Shown here: positions 36,041-50,100 of the stretch, piece by piece
How positions within the stretch are numbered: the first letter of the stretch is position 1
Layout of the letters: the number at the start of each line of letters is the position of its first letter
Assembly: GCF_964355755.1 (NCBI RefSeq)
Contig: NC_092679.1
Coordinates: 21,125,432 to 21,189,431, forward strand
DNA from: Antedon mediterranea
Lineage: Eukaryota; Animalia; Echinodermata
Length of the DNA stretch: 64,000 nucleotides
Reading direction: 5' to 3'
Position numbers and translations under genes: made by a program
Notes under the pieces: generated by a model
What the model was told of the DNA's origin: nothing
Database searches by the model: none
What the model saw: the letters and a program-made list of their open reading frames with translations, nothing else

Positions 36041-37909
36041 ATATTAAATTAACTATAATCCTCTATGATGATAATACACTATACTTCATAGCCACACATA
36101 AATATTGTAGGTAACCTCAGCGTTCCATTTTTTCGGAAGGAAGGCTATATAATATACTTTATGCATGCTGACAGCCAGTGATCTAAACAATAAGTACGCG
36201 GTTGTCTAGCGGTATCCTTTGTACGATTCGTTTGTGCCCAAGCTCACGATACACGCGTCAATATCATGTTACATCCTGGGACCAAAAAAAAATGTACAGA
36301 TCTATGGTTAGACGTAGCCTACGGTCATACAGGGAATAATATAAGGTATGAGTTATTCACGAACGAGTTTACGAATTTTTCAATTTACAAGTAACCTTTT
36401 GTACTGTGGAGCACGTATTTGCAGGATGTTCAGAGATGAGGGTGAGGTATTGGGGTTCGCCGTCGGTTAAGGGGGAGGGGGGGGGGGGGGGGGGGGGGTT
36501 CGCTGTAAAGGGGGGTTCGCCCGAACCATAAAAACTCCTGCCCCTGCTGTACATTATTATTATTATTATTATTGGTGTTATTATTATTGTTATTGTTGTT
36601 GTGAAATGATTTGTTGCTCAATGCTTATTAGAAGAATAATAGTATAACAATAATTATTATTTTTAACATATAATGTGGTTATTATGTACGGAGTAACCTG
36701 TACTTCGCATGGTCCTTTTCTCCCTTATGGGAGGAATGTAAGGATAATAAAAGCGCACTCTGATAAATTCAAATTGTATCAAGAATACGGCCATTGATTT
36801 TGTTATACACTTTGAAATATCTGTAAGCTAAAAAATGAAAGCAATACTGGATATGGAACTTTATACTTTACTTTTGACTGAAAATAAAAGACGCTAAAGA
36901 AAAATTGTGCTGTGTGAATTAGTGAATTAGATGATACTAATTTTGGGTGTTTTTTCGTGGTGTATTTGATAGATAAAATAAAAAAGTGGACATATATCGA
37001 ATGAAAACACATTTCTTCTGTTGATTTTTATTCATTTAAATTTTTTATTTTTTTTCAATGGATTTGATATTTTGCACATTTGTTTTTGTGTGAGAGATTT
37101 GTTACCTATACATTTGCTATTTGCGTGAGGTTTGGTTTCCTTTTTGCTACAACAGAGAAGGTTTCGTAGTTGATACGTGACGTAACAACTCACGAAACAT
37201 GTCAAATTACTGTTATTTTTTGGCCTTTTTGTTAGTGTTTATCCTTACAATTCAGGAAAGTGATTGTAATAACCATTCCCTAACATAGTAACATAATAAT
37301 AATAATAATAAGATTTATATAGCGCACATATCCACACAAAAATGCTCAAGGCGCTTGTGAAAAACCATAAAAAAAACATATAAAAATATAAACCTTGAAA
37401 CATAAATACATAGTATCTACAAAAACATTCTAGAATAAGAGTATGTTTAGATTTAAGAAACCATGTATAATTAATATAAGAACAATCAGAAACATTCCAG
37501 AAGTACTGGTATGCTATTAATAGAAACTGTAATCCAATAGAATAAGAAGTATAAAGAATGATCTAGAAGGATAGGAACATCTTGTATATAAAGGGATGTA
37601 AAACTATTGTAATGTTGTTGGATATTAGATTGTAAAAGTTATTGTGAAGCTGTTGTTTAAAGTGTTTACTGGATTGTTGAAAGTTGAAGTTGATTGAAAT
37701 TAAAGTTTTGTTTTTGAGTTATTTTACAACTTTGTGGATTTTGTGTGTATACTTTTATGTCACAAGGGAGTTCCTAAAGTATTCTCAACCGCTCGGAAAC
37801 ATACGTGAAAGGAGTTCGTGAGCTATCGTGAGCGGCCCCTCAATAAACATCAGTGTGCCAAATGGGAACACCTACCATTCAGCGGCTTCGGAGGAGATAC
37901 GTAAAATTA

Positions 37910-40900
37910 GAGCGGGGTTGGTGAAATCTGTCCATAATAGGTTACTTTTCTGTCCATAATAGGTTACTTTCTGTCCATAATAGGGACTAGAGGGCGCTGT
38001 TGTTTGTCCATAATAGGCGACTTTCATAATTGGCTGTCCAAAACAGGTGACTTTTTGTCCACAATAGGCGAGTTTATTGAAGTAGTGCGCCATCCATTGT
38101 GTTGTCCATAATAGGTGATTTTTTTGGCGTACTCGTACGTACGTAGTTTATTTCGCGAGTAGAAGTAATACTAATTTGCTTTCTGTTCAGACTTCGAGGC
38201 TACCTAGGAGGCCTAATTAGTATAAATATTTAAGTCTTTCTGGCCTAGGCCTAGGCTAGTCCTGTTAGTTAGGCTACCTCTATAGGCCTACTAGCCTAGG
38301 CCTAGTCCATTTGTTATTGTCCACTAATAATAATGAAATGTGGAATTTATTCAGCAACAAATAATTTCATCATTTAGGTATATTTATTCATAAAAAGACA
38401 TCAAAATACAACGGCAGCCAAAAGGCTGAAAAGTAGTATTTTACAAAATTTGATAAAAATATATAAATACATTATGTATAAAAGGTAAAACTAGTTTAAA
38501 AAAAAAAAAAAAAAAAAATAATAATAATAATTTACCACATTAAAATTGGTCCACCTGTAAGTTAAAATAGTGCCAGCCTATTCAATATTCATCATTAATG
38601 AGTCGGACTAAAAAAGGGACTGGTGAAGATCTAAATCTTTCTGTACGACCAAACGGGATTTTAATTTGAACTTCATTTTAGGTTTGATATAGTACGGACA
38701 GACATTACGCAACTTACCATACTATTGCAAGTTTAAATAAATCACCAAACGAACCCACACGTTCTTTTACAAAAATAAAAAATACCCCATAATACTCTAA
38801 TAATAATATTGATAAAGTTTTATTTTTTTAAGATAATGAAATGTAAACTGTTATTTTTATAAATGCATTGGTGTTTCAATGTATTGTTGTATTTTTTTTT
38901 CTTATTTTATTTACTTATTTTGTTTTGTTAACAGTAATAATAAAAATCAATTTAATATTGAAAAAGACATCACAGTTCAGCACTTCATTTCGTCATTTTA
39001 GGTCCTCCCCTATTTCAAAATTCTGGATCCACATAGCTCAATGACAAACCATCCCAGTCTAAAGTGGATCAACAGCAGCACATCTCATCCATTTATTATA
39101 TTGTTTAATTAAATGAATCAATTTTAATGTTTAATACTAATAAGAAATATGACAATAAATCAAGTTTACATACACGCAGTGTACAATCAACACCTTTGTT
39201 CTGTATTCAGAACAGTTTATTCAAAATCTAAATCACATTTAAAAAATACTGAATTATATTATTTTTAAAAGTGTAAAAACATGGTTAAACTTCAATTAAG
39301 TTAATAGAAATGTCCATGCTACTGTACTATAACATTGATCAGAAGATACACTGTACACAATCTTTGATACATGCAAAAAATATGGGAAAAATTGAGATTT
39401 AAATAGATGACATAATTAATAACATACAGTAACAATAGCTCTGGCTCTACTATACTGCCAACCTACTAACTGTCCGAACTGTCTGGATAAGACTCATTCA
39501 TTCAAAAAATAATTAAAAAAAACAAAAAGGTCAATCTAGCAATCTAGATGTCTGTGATTTGAAGACAAACTACCAATAGGTCTAGTAGACTAGGCTAGTA
39601 GTAGCTGATTTCAGTCTTTAAAGTATAGTAGTGGGCGGTGGTGGCAGTGGTATTAGTAAAAGACTGTATAGTGACTAGTCCGCCAGACCTGACCTGCAGT
39701 TAGGCAGTATAGTTACGAGTAGTCTGTAAAATATAAAAACAGATAATGAGGATAGGCCTAGTTGTTTGTAGTAGGAAACCTATCTACCTAATATGAGCCC
39801 ATGTCATTTTTATTCCTACTGTAGCAGGGAGGTACCCCCTGCTGTAAGGTAGGCCTAGAAAAAAAAAGCTCACATTTCATTAGTAATAGTGGACAATAAC
39901 AAATGGACTCCAGCTAGAGGCCTAAGCGGGATCCAGTCAAGTCGCCCCATCGCAAAGTCGCCCCATCGCAAAGTCGCCCCATACAAAGTCGCCCAATACA
40001 AAGTCGCCCCATCGCAAAGTCGCCCCATTACAAAGTCGCCCCAACGCAAAGTCGCCCCATCGCAAAGTCGCCCACGCAATTCGGTATGATTATGAAGCGC
40101 CGCCGCTAGTAGTACGCTATTTTAATCATATCGGTTGCGTTTGATATCGATTGCGTTGTTACTTTGGTCGTGCTAAATGTCGTATAGGCCTACATTATAA
40201 TGTTTATCCTATTATATACATAATTTGTGTTTTAATTTTTATTTTACAGGTTTTAATGGAGGGATGTGCTTTTTAAGAATCATTAAAAAAATAGTCCCTT
40301 AATTGTTTGAAAGTTCTAAAAAGATTATCCCTGATTTATAGTTTCGAAAATGTTAATTTAATATGATTTTAAAATTAGTTACCAGAGCCACAATTACGAA
40401 TCTTTCTTCAACCTACGCGTGGATACCAGCTCATTTTTTAGGATAATATAATAAATGTATAAATAGTAGGCCTTCTTATATTTACAGTAGTTAAAACAAT
40501 AACAGCGTTGTAAGACAATAAATGTTATAATACTAATAGCCTACTTATTGATCATTTTGCATTTATTGACAAGTTATGTGTCTATAGTTATTTAATTTTA
40601 ATTATGACTTTTCAAAATGAAGAAAAAAAAAAAAAAAGGATTTCATCGCCGATATGATTGTTTTACATGCAGGTATTTTAGTAAAACTTAAAACGCTACA
40701 TTTTGACAATGGAAAAACCATCGTACAGTATCGTGTGCGTGTTTTTTAAAAAGGGGAATCCCCGACGGTCAGCAGAAAGACGTAGCAGCTGTGTGAGGGA
40801 ACAGATACCAGAAGGCGCAGCTCCGATTGGTTTCAGAGAATGTTTCAGATGGCGAGTCGCCTTTTATTCAACAGCACAATGATCATTTTACTGAAGAAAT

Positions 40901-42119
40901 TCTTTTCAACCCTTTTGGTTATAGAACATTCTAATTATCATGCCTAATAAATATCCTCATATCGGGTGTTTATTTAATTTTAAATTAAACAAGACAGTGA
41001 AGAGGCACGGAATAATACGTACACGGACGTACGACGAATAGGCACGCACGTCATCATTTACGACATATAGTGGTGATATGATGCAATTTTATAATGATGG
41101 GATTGCCTTTCCAGGCTTACAATCAATTGTTCATTGTAATACTATGTATATAATAGTAAACTGAATGTTTATAAATAAATTGTTTTACGTAATTTGTTGC
41201 ATATATTATAAAATAAAAGACACAGACGCAGCCTACGTTTCCTATAAAATATTTCACATTTAAATAATTATGTACTGTTAAATGACATATGCTGGATAAT
41301 ACTATAATCTTAAACTATGTTTACAAATTGTCATTTTTTAAGGCACACATCTTTTTCATCATACTGACCTGGGGCGGGGGGGGGGGGGTGCGTGCCGATC
41401 GTGTGACCTGAGACTACATAGCGGGGCTTCCCCTTTTATGCCTACACGTTCCGTGTTTTGTGTATCATTGCGACATTTTACGCACTTGTAAACTATTTTT
41501 TTAACGTTTTGGGGCGACTTTGCGATAGGGCGACTTTGTGATGGCGCGACTTTGCGATGGCGCGACTTTGCGATGGCACGACTGTGTCGGGGCGACTTTG
41601 CGATGGGGCGACTGTGTTAGGGGCGACTTTGTATGGGGCGACTTTGCGATGGGGCGACTTGACTAGCATGTAGTAGTAGTACTATCTATGCCTGAGGTGT
41701 AGGTAGCCTAACTCTAAAACAGGACTAGGCTAGGCCTAGGCCCTAGCGGCTAGAGAGACTTAAATAATTATACTAATTAGGCCTCCTACTAGCTAGGCCT
41801 ACAGCAGTAGGTAGCCTCGAAGTTTGAAGAGAAAGCAAATTAGTATTAACTAATAATACTATTACTTCTACTCGCGAAATAAACTACGTACGATCGAGTA
41901 CGCCAACAAAATCACCTATTATGGACAACACAATGGATGGCGCACTACTCCAATAAACTCGCCTATTGTGGACAAAAAGTCGCCTATTTTGGACAGCCAA
42001 TTATGAAAGTTACCTATTATGGACAAACAACAGCGCCCTCTAGTCCCTATTATGGACAGAAAGTCCCCTATTATGGACAGAAAAGTAACCTATTATGGAC
42101 AGATTTCACCAACCCTATT
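37910..42119. mobile_element. Mutator/foldback-like non-autonomous DNA transposon with long TIRs and 9-bp TSD
   Basis: TIR GGGTTGGTGAAATCTGTCCATAATAGG with GTCCATAATAGG subrepeats. Left arm about 37915-38345; right arm 39870-39925 plus 41670-42115. The direct repeat GTAAAATTA lies at 37901-37909 and 42120-42128. Confidence 0.8.
39929..41665. mobile_element. TIR element with subterminal (AAAGTCGCCCCATCGC)n arrays, nested in the right TIR of the Mutator-like element
   Basis: AGTCAAGTCGCCCCATCGCAAAG at about 39936 is inverted at about 41640-41664 (GGGGCGACTTGACT); 16-bp subrepeats at both ends. Confidence 0.8.
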
Positions 42120-42390
42120 GTAAAATTACGCGAAACATTTAGTAGCATTAATATATAGATACTGACCAGACCCAGTAGTATTAAATAAATAACCTTTACA
42201 ATGAAAGTTTTTTTTTTATTTAAATATTTCTTTGTTATATACATATATATAATGTACATTAACCATGTTAAAGTGAAAAACTGTACACTGTAGTTGTAGC
42301 CCAATTCTTAATTAGAAGAGTATATTAATATATTTTCAACCAGTGCTGTGACCCAATGCTTATTAAAAAAGATTATATTAATTATTTTCA

Positions 42391-43212
42391 ACTAGAGGGT
42401 GAGCTCGCTTCGCTCGCTCCCCCTCTAGGAAGTGTAGACGATGGTTCTCGGAATGATAATGACTCGGGTAAAAAGTTTTAGGACATTCTGGCCTGGACGA
42501 TTTCAATCGGCTACCATTATTTAAATGCTTTTGATATTCGTAAAACTAAACCTACTCACTAACCTGTTTCACAGTGTCTTAGATGATTAATGTTAATGAT
42601 TACGTTTTACGTATAGTGTGGGGGGTGGGGGTAGTGGCGATAATTATTTAATTGAGGTATTCCGGGCGTTTATTCAAATAAATACCATCCTAATTGGTAT
42701 AATTAATACATTATTCCGCGACACAGTGTGAGCCGTTTTGGCCTAAGAAGGAAGACGTTTTAGAAGGCTTGCAACATGAGCAGAAGTATCCCAGGGTCTT
42801 GACGGGACTCAGATAGCGCATAGTACATTCGATTTCAAACAAAAGCTCTTATCATCAATTCTCTCGATGTAATTTTATATAATTATTTCCCACAATTTAC
42901 TCCTATGTTTTATGAATATATTTAATTTGATCTTTATGTACTACAGTATTATACCTTCACACGCGTGGTCCGAAAATAAACAAAAAACCAAACGGCCAAC
43001 TTAGTTGAAACAGGTTACAACTCCCTGGTTGAAACCAACCATGCAGGGAACTTGCTAGGTGATTGACACACTTTACCTTACCGTGAACCCGGAAATTACT
43101 TACCGCGCGAGAGTTAAAATTTACCGATTGAAATCAGAAAATTTCTTATAAAACCCTTTATAATATCTTCCTAAGATAGAAATATGGAATTTACCATAAT
43201 TTATATATAGAT
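42391..43212 (+). repeat. Right arm of the large inverted repeat (partner 34905-36040)
   Basis: Starts ACTAGAGGGTGAGCTCGCTTCGCTCGCTCCCC and is the reverse complement of the left arm. Confidence 0.8.
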
Positions 43213-43834
43213 AGATGTATAATGCAATTGGAATCTATAACTATAATTAACATAAAATCGATTTAAAATTTAAACACATTATTGACCAAGCCTAAATGTC
43301 AGGCCTAGACCGTCTAATGTATACCTCCATGATGGGCCAAGTAATAAATAAAGGGAATTTATAATCTATGCTATTTCATAACACAGTGTACTAACTTTAT
43401 AATTATAGTTTTTAGTATAAATAGTTTTATAATACATTTATAACCTAAAATAATGTAAATCCAGACAAATGATTATGGAAGAACAACTTACCATAGACAA
43501 AATACTGTACACAACAGGAGATATTGCATGCATATGAACTATCAGCGAAATAAAAAGCTGCATTTTACAGTATTGGAAACACTTAATTTTAATTGTTAAT
43601 TTTTACAGTTAGGTTAAACATTGGTTAGATTCTATAAAATTAAGAAGTTGCACGCATTACTGCACACCAACTATCAGCGAATTAGAAAGCTGCATTTTGC
43701 AGTATTGATAAAACTTTTTTTTTAAACTTTTTTTTTTTTTACAGTTACAGTAGCTATAACATTGGTTGGGACAGGGTAGATGGTGTCTAGATTGTGTCTG
43801 TTAGGACCAAGGCAATGTATAGGTGGTGTATAAA

Positions 43835-44270
43835 AGGCCATTTAGTATTCCTTACAATCATATGGCATTGGTTGCTGGTGGTATCTACAATATCTAAGGT
43901 TACGTAAGGTATACTTATGGTAAGGGGGGGGGGGTCTCTAGTCGAACTTTAGAGGGGTTTGCCAGGGCCAAGACAGTGTACAGATAGTCTGTAATAGGTC
44001 ATTTGGTATTGCTTACAATGTGCTAAATCATATAACATTGGTTGCTGGTGGTATCTACTATATCTAAGCTAGGCTAGTTGGGGGAAGGGGGTCTCTAATC
44101 GAACTTTAGGGGGGTCTGCCAGGGCCAAGACAGTGTACAGATGGTCTGTAATAGGTCATTTGGTATTCCTTACAATGTGCTAAATCATATAACATTGGTT
44201 GCTGGTGGTATCTACAATATCTAATCTAGGCCAGTTGGTCTCTAGTGAAACTTTAGGGTGTCTGGCACTT
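43835..44270. repeat. About 160-bp tandem triplication
   Basis: CATTGGTTGCTGGTGGTATCTACAATATCTAA occurs three times at regular spacing. Confidence 0.8.
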
Positions 44271-46579
44271 GACAATTAGTCTGTTGTTACCCATTTAGTA
44301 TTGTATGAACACAACTTGTTCATTTGGCATTAATTTTGAGTGGTACCTAGTGCTTAAATCGTTATTTCCTTTTTAATTTCTCAAACCACAATTTTCAGCT
44401 CGTTAAATATTTTTTAGCGTCCAATATTTTTACGGAATAGTTGCTTAAACGCTGTCAATATAGTTATATTTACGTTACTACACGAACCTATGAGTTAACT
44501 TATAGTCCGAATTTGTATTAATGTATATGAGGTGTATTTGACGTTGTGTTCTGAACGACTGTACTGAAGAAGTTTTTATAGATCTTTCGTTTTTGGTAAG
44601 TATGTTGTAGGCCTAAATTGGATTTTGTCGATTTATTTTACAAGGTATGGTTATTTTCTCATAGATAGAAACATTTGACTGGAACACTACAACACAACAG
44701 CTTATCCTTGGATCGTTCTACATTGGTTACACCATCATGCCGATTCCCGGGGGTTGGTTGGCAGGACAATTTGGCGGAAAACGCGTTATTGCGATTGCAG
44801 TTGTATGGTCTTCTCTCCTGACTTCGTTGATTCCAACGGTAGCCGCTATCAGTGTTAATCTACTGATTTCGCTGAAAATTCTTGATGGATTTGGACAGGT
44901 TAGTTTTTACACAAAAACGTTTGATAAGGGTTATGAAATTGGTTAGCAAACTTGGTTTTCATGCAACGGCAAAGGCGCACCACAAGAGACAGTTCGCAAA
45001 ATCACATGCGATGCGGTTATTTGTTGCGTCCAAGTGGATCCAAGCTTTAGCCTCCTATACTATGGTACTGATTTTTGAACATTATTGTTCAAGTCGACGG
45101 TCATAAAACATTTGGGTTTTTTGTGTAGAAATATATTTGTATATTCGAACTGGCGTCCTCGCGCGAGTATTGTATAGGTAGTAGAACTTCCCATTTTGTA
45201 CACTTTACCGTAAAACAAAGGGAAACATTTTTGGATCCTGAAGGTGTCGCCTTAACAGCGGTTCTGCTGCACTGAAACTTCGTTCCATATAAGAAATCAA
45301 AATAACCTTTTTTTTTAATTTACAGGGAATAGCGATACCGGGAGCCTACGTTATCATTTCCAAATGGGCAATGCCAAACGAAAGAAGTACAATGGTGTCA
45401 ATGATATTATCTGGTAGGCCTAATAAATAGTAGTAACTAATAGTAAAAACTTTAAAATAGTAAGGTGGGTGACATAATTACTGTCGGTATTCTTGGACTA
45501 GATTGTGTTTTCTTTTTAGGCATGTGTATGGGTTTAATTATATCAAGCTATTTGTCTGCGTGGATGTGTACTTCGAATATTTTTGGTGGATGGCATTTTT
45601 CTTTTTATTCTTATGGTAAGCTGATGTATAATAACATTACTGTGATAAGTAAACATTAATATTAAATTAAAAAATAGTCCAATACTTTTTTCAGTAACAT
45701 CGGTGCGTTAAGATATGAATACGTTAAGAGATGAATGTGTTATGATGTCATTACGAAATGAATATATTTTAGTAATGAAAGAACAAGACGACAGATATCA
45801 TGAACAATGCACGGAATTAATTATTTTCTATGTTAAAGCCTCCAAAATATAACCTAATCTACTACTATTACTACATAAAAACCATCGAAGATTTTGAAAC
45901 CCATGTTCACGGTCCATTCACAACCAGAAGTCTACCTTGAGCCACAAAGCTGACTTACATAAAACGTTGATAGCATATTTTATCATTTCCTTATACATTA
46001 CAATGTCCGAATTAGGCAAGAGTTTAGTTAGTTACTTTACACACAACGAGAGTGGACGAGCTGTTACCGTTCAGGATAATTATACCAGCTTCTACGTTAG
46101 ACAAGCTACGCGGTTTTCCGCTTACCGTTACCTATCGTCTGTGTAAATTGGCCTTTACTAGACAATAATTAATGTTATGAATTATTCATGATTTCCGCCT
46201 GAGACGTCGAGTAATAGAAAATTCGCGGGCGACCGGTCCTACCATAAACGATGTAAAATACTGAGTATGTTTTTATTTTTTTGAACTAGACGTTAGCCTA
46301 CTGGCTAGTTGCTTTTATATTAAATTAATTATATTCAATTCATTTATCACAGGTATTGCTGGGGCTGTTTGGACACTTTTATGGTTAACACTGATCTATG
46401 AGTCTCCCAGTGTGCATCCTTTCATGTCGATCAAAGAAAGAGAACACATTAATTTGGCTTTGAATCGAACCAAACTGAACAGAAAAAGGTAATCACTTAA
46501 TATTTGTATATAACAATTTCAATCGATGTTTCCAAAACTGCAGTATTAACCACAGAAACAAAACGTTTCAAACAAACAA

Positions 46580-47256
46580 ACGATTTCATTTCATTTCATA
46601 GTAGCATTTATTTCCTTCATAATATACAAAATATAAATAATACAATACAAAAATTCATAACGAGAAGTAAGGTAGTTAAAATAATACAATTCATCGTTAA
46701 AATGAATAAAACAATATTATGAAGGAGGCACAATTTCTGGAAAGCAAAAGCTTGTGTTGAAAGTGCCTGAACAAAAACAAAAAGTATTAAAATCAAATTA
46801 GTAAATAGTAGTAAATGGTATATAGGAATAAAGTAATTACCATAACGGAATATGAAAACAATAAAAACTGATACCTAGAATATAACTAATTATTAAATTA
46901 CTTTTGTATTAAATATTGTTTACTGTTAAAGATGAAGCTATGTTTGTTTGCAGAAGTTGTAATTTTGTTAGGAAGTGAGTTCCATATCTTGGGTCCAGTA
47001 AATCTAATATTGTGTTGAAAAGAAGTCTTTTTGTGTTTAGGAATATGAAGGTTATTGAGGATTCTTGTAGAATAGCCGTGAAATTCATAATTGGGTGAAA
47101 ACATATCGCGTAAATGAGCATTTTGGCTTTTGTAAATAAATAAACATTGTTGAAAAATATTAATATCAGTCAATTTTAATAATTTAAGAGAACGAAATAA
47201 AGGATCTGTACTAGTTCTAGGTGAAACATTCGAAATTATTCGTATGATTTTCTTTA
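46580..47256 (-). mobile_element. 3' fragment of a CR1/L2-group LINE in intron 5 of copy C
   Basis: ORF 46898-47173 (HGYSTR...LHIP...IRFTGPKIWNSLP) is a LINE ORF2 C-terminus with an (ATGAA)n-type tail; absent from copy A. Confidence 0.75.
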
Positions 47257-48080
47257 CATTGTGCTCCTTAAATACAAAATAGTTTTGTGAAAAGAAATGA
47301 GATCGATATTTTGATTTAAATAAGGCAATTATTGTTGGACAATATTTAATTTCAGTTGGTAGGTTATTCTATATTTTAGCGCCTGCAACGTTGAACGACG
47401 AGTTCTAAGTTTGTTTCTGTTTCAGTTCAGTGTTCCATGGATAGAAATATTTTGTTCTTCGCCAGTCCTGGCACTCACACTTTGTATGGTGACGTTTGAA
47501 ATCGGATATTATACACTTATTTCCGACATGCCGTTGTTTTTCACTCATGTTCTTGGGTACAGCTTGGAAACGGTAGGTTTCGAAAACGCTACTGTGTCTA
47601 CAAATAATACAGCATTATTTGTCCTGTATCAAGGCCCGTTCCGTGATACAGCATTACATATTGTTTTAATTCTGTTTCGAGATTGTTACGTTTGTAAAGT
47701 TACGTTAAATACATGTGCCATTTTCGTATATAATACGTGTGATACATGCTGTTGTATCATAGACTTGCCTGTAATACAGTAATGTTAGTGCGTAAAGGCA
47801 GCTATTGCAGTAAAATACAATATGTGCCCAGTATCATGAGTATATTTAGTAATACCGTATTACCAAATATTCTATTACTGTATTCTACTATGATACATTT
47901 TATTTGCATCATGTAAGGTTTTTGTGGTCGACGTGTCTGTCGCGAACGACAATGCCAATAATTGGTCGTATACATTCATATGAATGAAAACTAAGCCAGG
48001 TGTAAGTTTATTAAAACACTGGCTGATCCTATCATTGACCCATTAGAGCTTCTCTCGTCCAGTGCCCACCTTAACCAGAA

Positions 48081-50100
48081 GAGTGTTGACAAAGTGCGAG
48101 GCAGCGAGGCATGCGAGCCAAGCCAAATATTTGTGCGAGGCATCATTTTATCATTTCCAAAAGTGCGAGGCATATAGTTTACAATTTCAAAAAGGTGCGA
48201 GGCATATCTTAACGTGCTATCATGCTATATTGTAGGCATAATAGTAAATTATTTATATTTGTATAATAGGCCTAGCGTATCTAAATAGATTCGTGTATAC
48301 ACTCAACATGTTTATTTTTATTTGTATTTTCATTCAAGTCATATCGTGTCAAATTTTACTTTTACAAAAGTGCCCAAACTGTTCAAAAGTTACGTGCATC
48401 CGTAATTCGGTATGCGCCATATTTTAAAAATCTGAACGACAGTCTTCAACTTTCGATAAACAATTGTTATAGCGACACTTATCATCAAATGACGGCCATG
48501 TTTGTTGGCATTTGGAGCGTGTTCACTTTACAATTAATTTAACATGTCTCTCGAACATAGCAGAGTGAAAATAATATTTTGTCACACCTCCGCGTCTCGA
48601 TTTATCATCTGGTAGACCTAGTGAGAGATAGAAAATCCCTCTTTACTATTTAGCAAGTAGCGGCGGAGTGATTCTGCCCTGAGAGGATTTGGTCTTGTGG
48701 CGATTCCCCTCCTTATAGCAAGTGGTTTCAGACTTCTCTCTGAGCGGCGTGCCAAAGACATTTTTGACATTCCATTCTCTAGGAATCAACACGTGTACTT
48801 CTCTCGCAAATAAAATGAACAGCGATGGCCAGGAGAAGTTCAATAACTGGCGGTGAATAAAAGGTAACTGATATGCCGATCAAATAAATTTCCGCAAAGA
48901 AAAAAAATTGCGAGAGAATTCTGAAGCGCGTGTGAAAAAGACTTAGGTCAGACAATCGTAATACTAGGCCTAAAATTTAACTGTAGCTAATATGCTTAGC
49001 CCTAACCCAGAGGCCTACAGTAATAATAATTGGTGTAATATTTTAATAATGATACGCTATTCCTGTTTTAGTAGGCTAGGTATATTACGATTTGTATTTA
49101 TTGTTATTGTCCATGTAACGTACTAATACACCTGGCGCTAGTTTCCTTCGTTTGTATTTTTACTCCAAATTTGATAACTAGCTTTATCGTGTGAATACCA
49201 CACCTTAGAAGTATACCTCATGAGTACTTTAATGAAAGAATCAAATAAAAAGTAACAAATAAATCCCTAAATTAATGATTTTACAGGCGTGTTCCTCGCA
49301 CACTTTTCGCGAATTTCACTCATGTTCAATATTTTTGTTTCTACGATAATAGAGGACTAAAACTCAGTGGAATCCGTAAATTTCTCATGCATTTATTGGT
49401 GAAAAACACGTTTTATTTCAATATATTTATTAATCTGTCAATAAAAATACTGTAATAATGTTACCACTGATAGTGATACTGTTCTGTTTTCAAAGAATAA
49501 TAATCAATCCTAAATCAACATCACTACCTAGCCTAGACCTAGGACATCCTACTAAGGATATTATGATGAATTGTTCTATATTATTCTTTAAAAGGTTAAC
49601 GACGGTGTACATTATCAACAGTAACATTTTTCCTTACTAACTGACAAAATATTCACCAAATAATGCGTTAAATATATAGATTCCACAGAGTTTTTAGCCA
49701 TCTAATTAATTTTGCTCTTTTGGCGTTTCATAGAAACCAAAATATTGAACATTGAGTGTGCGAAATTCGCGAACCGTATGCGAGAAAAACGTCTGTAAAA
49801 TCACAAATTTAACGGATTTATTCTTCATTAAAGTAGGCCTACTAATTCCAAGGTGTGGTATTCAGGATAAAGCATGGTTAACAAATTTCGAGTTAAAATA
49901 CAAGGCAGGTGCAAAAGGAAACTAGCCTACTAGTGGGCCTAGGCTACTTCAATTTCGGTGATTTCCTGCCTCTCAATTTTGAGAAATGATAAAATGGTGC
50001 CTCGCATTTTTTGATGATGGTAAAACGATGCCTCGCATAATTTGTGACTTGCCGCGCATGTCTCGCTTGCCTCGCTGCCTCGCACTTTGTTACTACCCTA
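48081..50100. mobile_element. About 2-kb non-autonomous TIR element (hAT-like) with TGCGAGGCA subrepeats; contains an internal inverted-repeat element at about 49137-49925
   Basis: ACAAAGTGCGAGGCAGCGAGGCA at the left end is inverted at the right end; absent from copy A intron 6. TSD not clear. Confidence 0.7.

Noticed and set aside
36369-36621. Poly-Pro and poly-Asn ORFs
   Set aside because: Translations of a G homopolymer and an (ATT)n microsatellite; homopolymer length is unreliable.
37600-37900. Possible LTR fragment (AATAAA, LTR-like composition)
   Set aside because: No clear TG...CA boundaries or TSD could be set by eye.
39870-40089. Repetitive ORFs (GATLRWGDF / KVAPSQS)
   Set aside because: Translations of transposon subterminal repeats.
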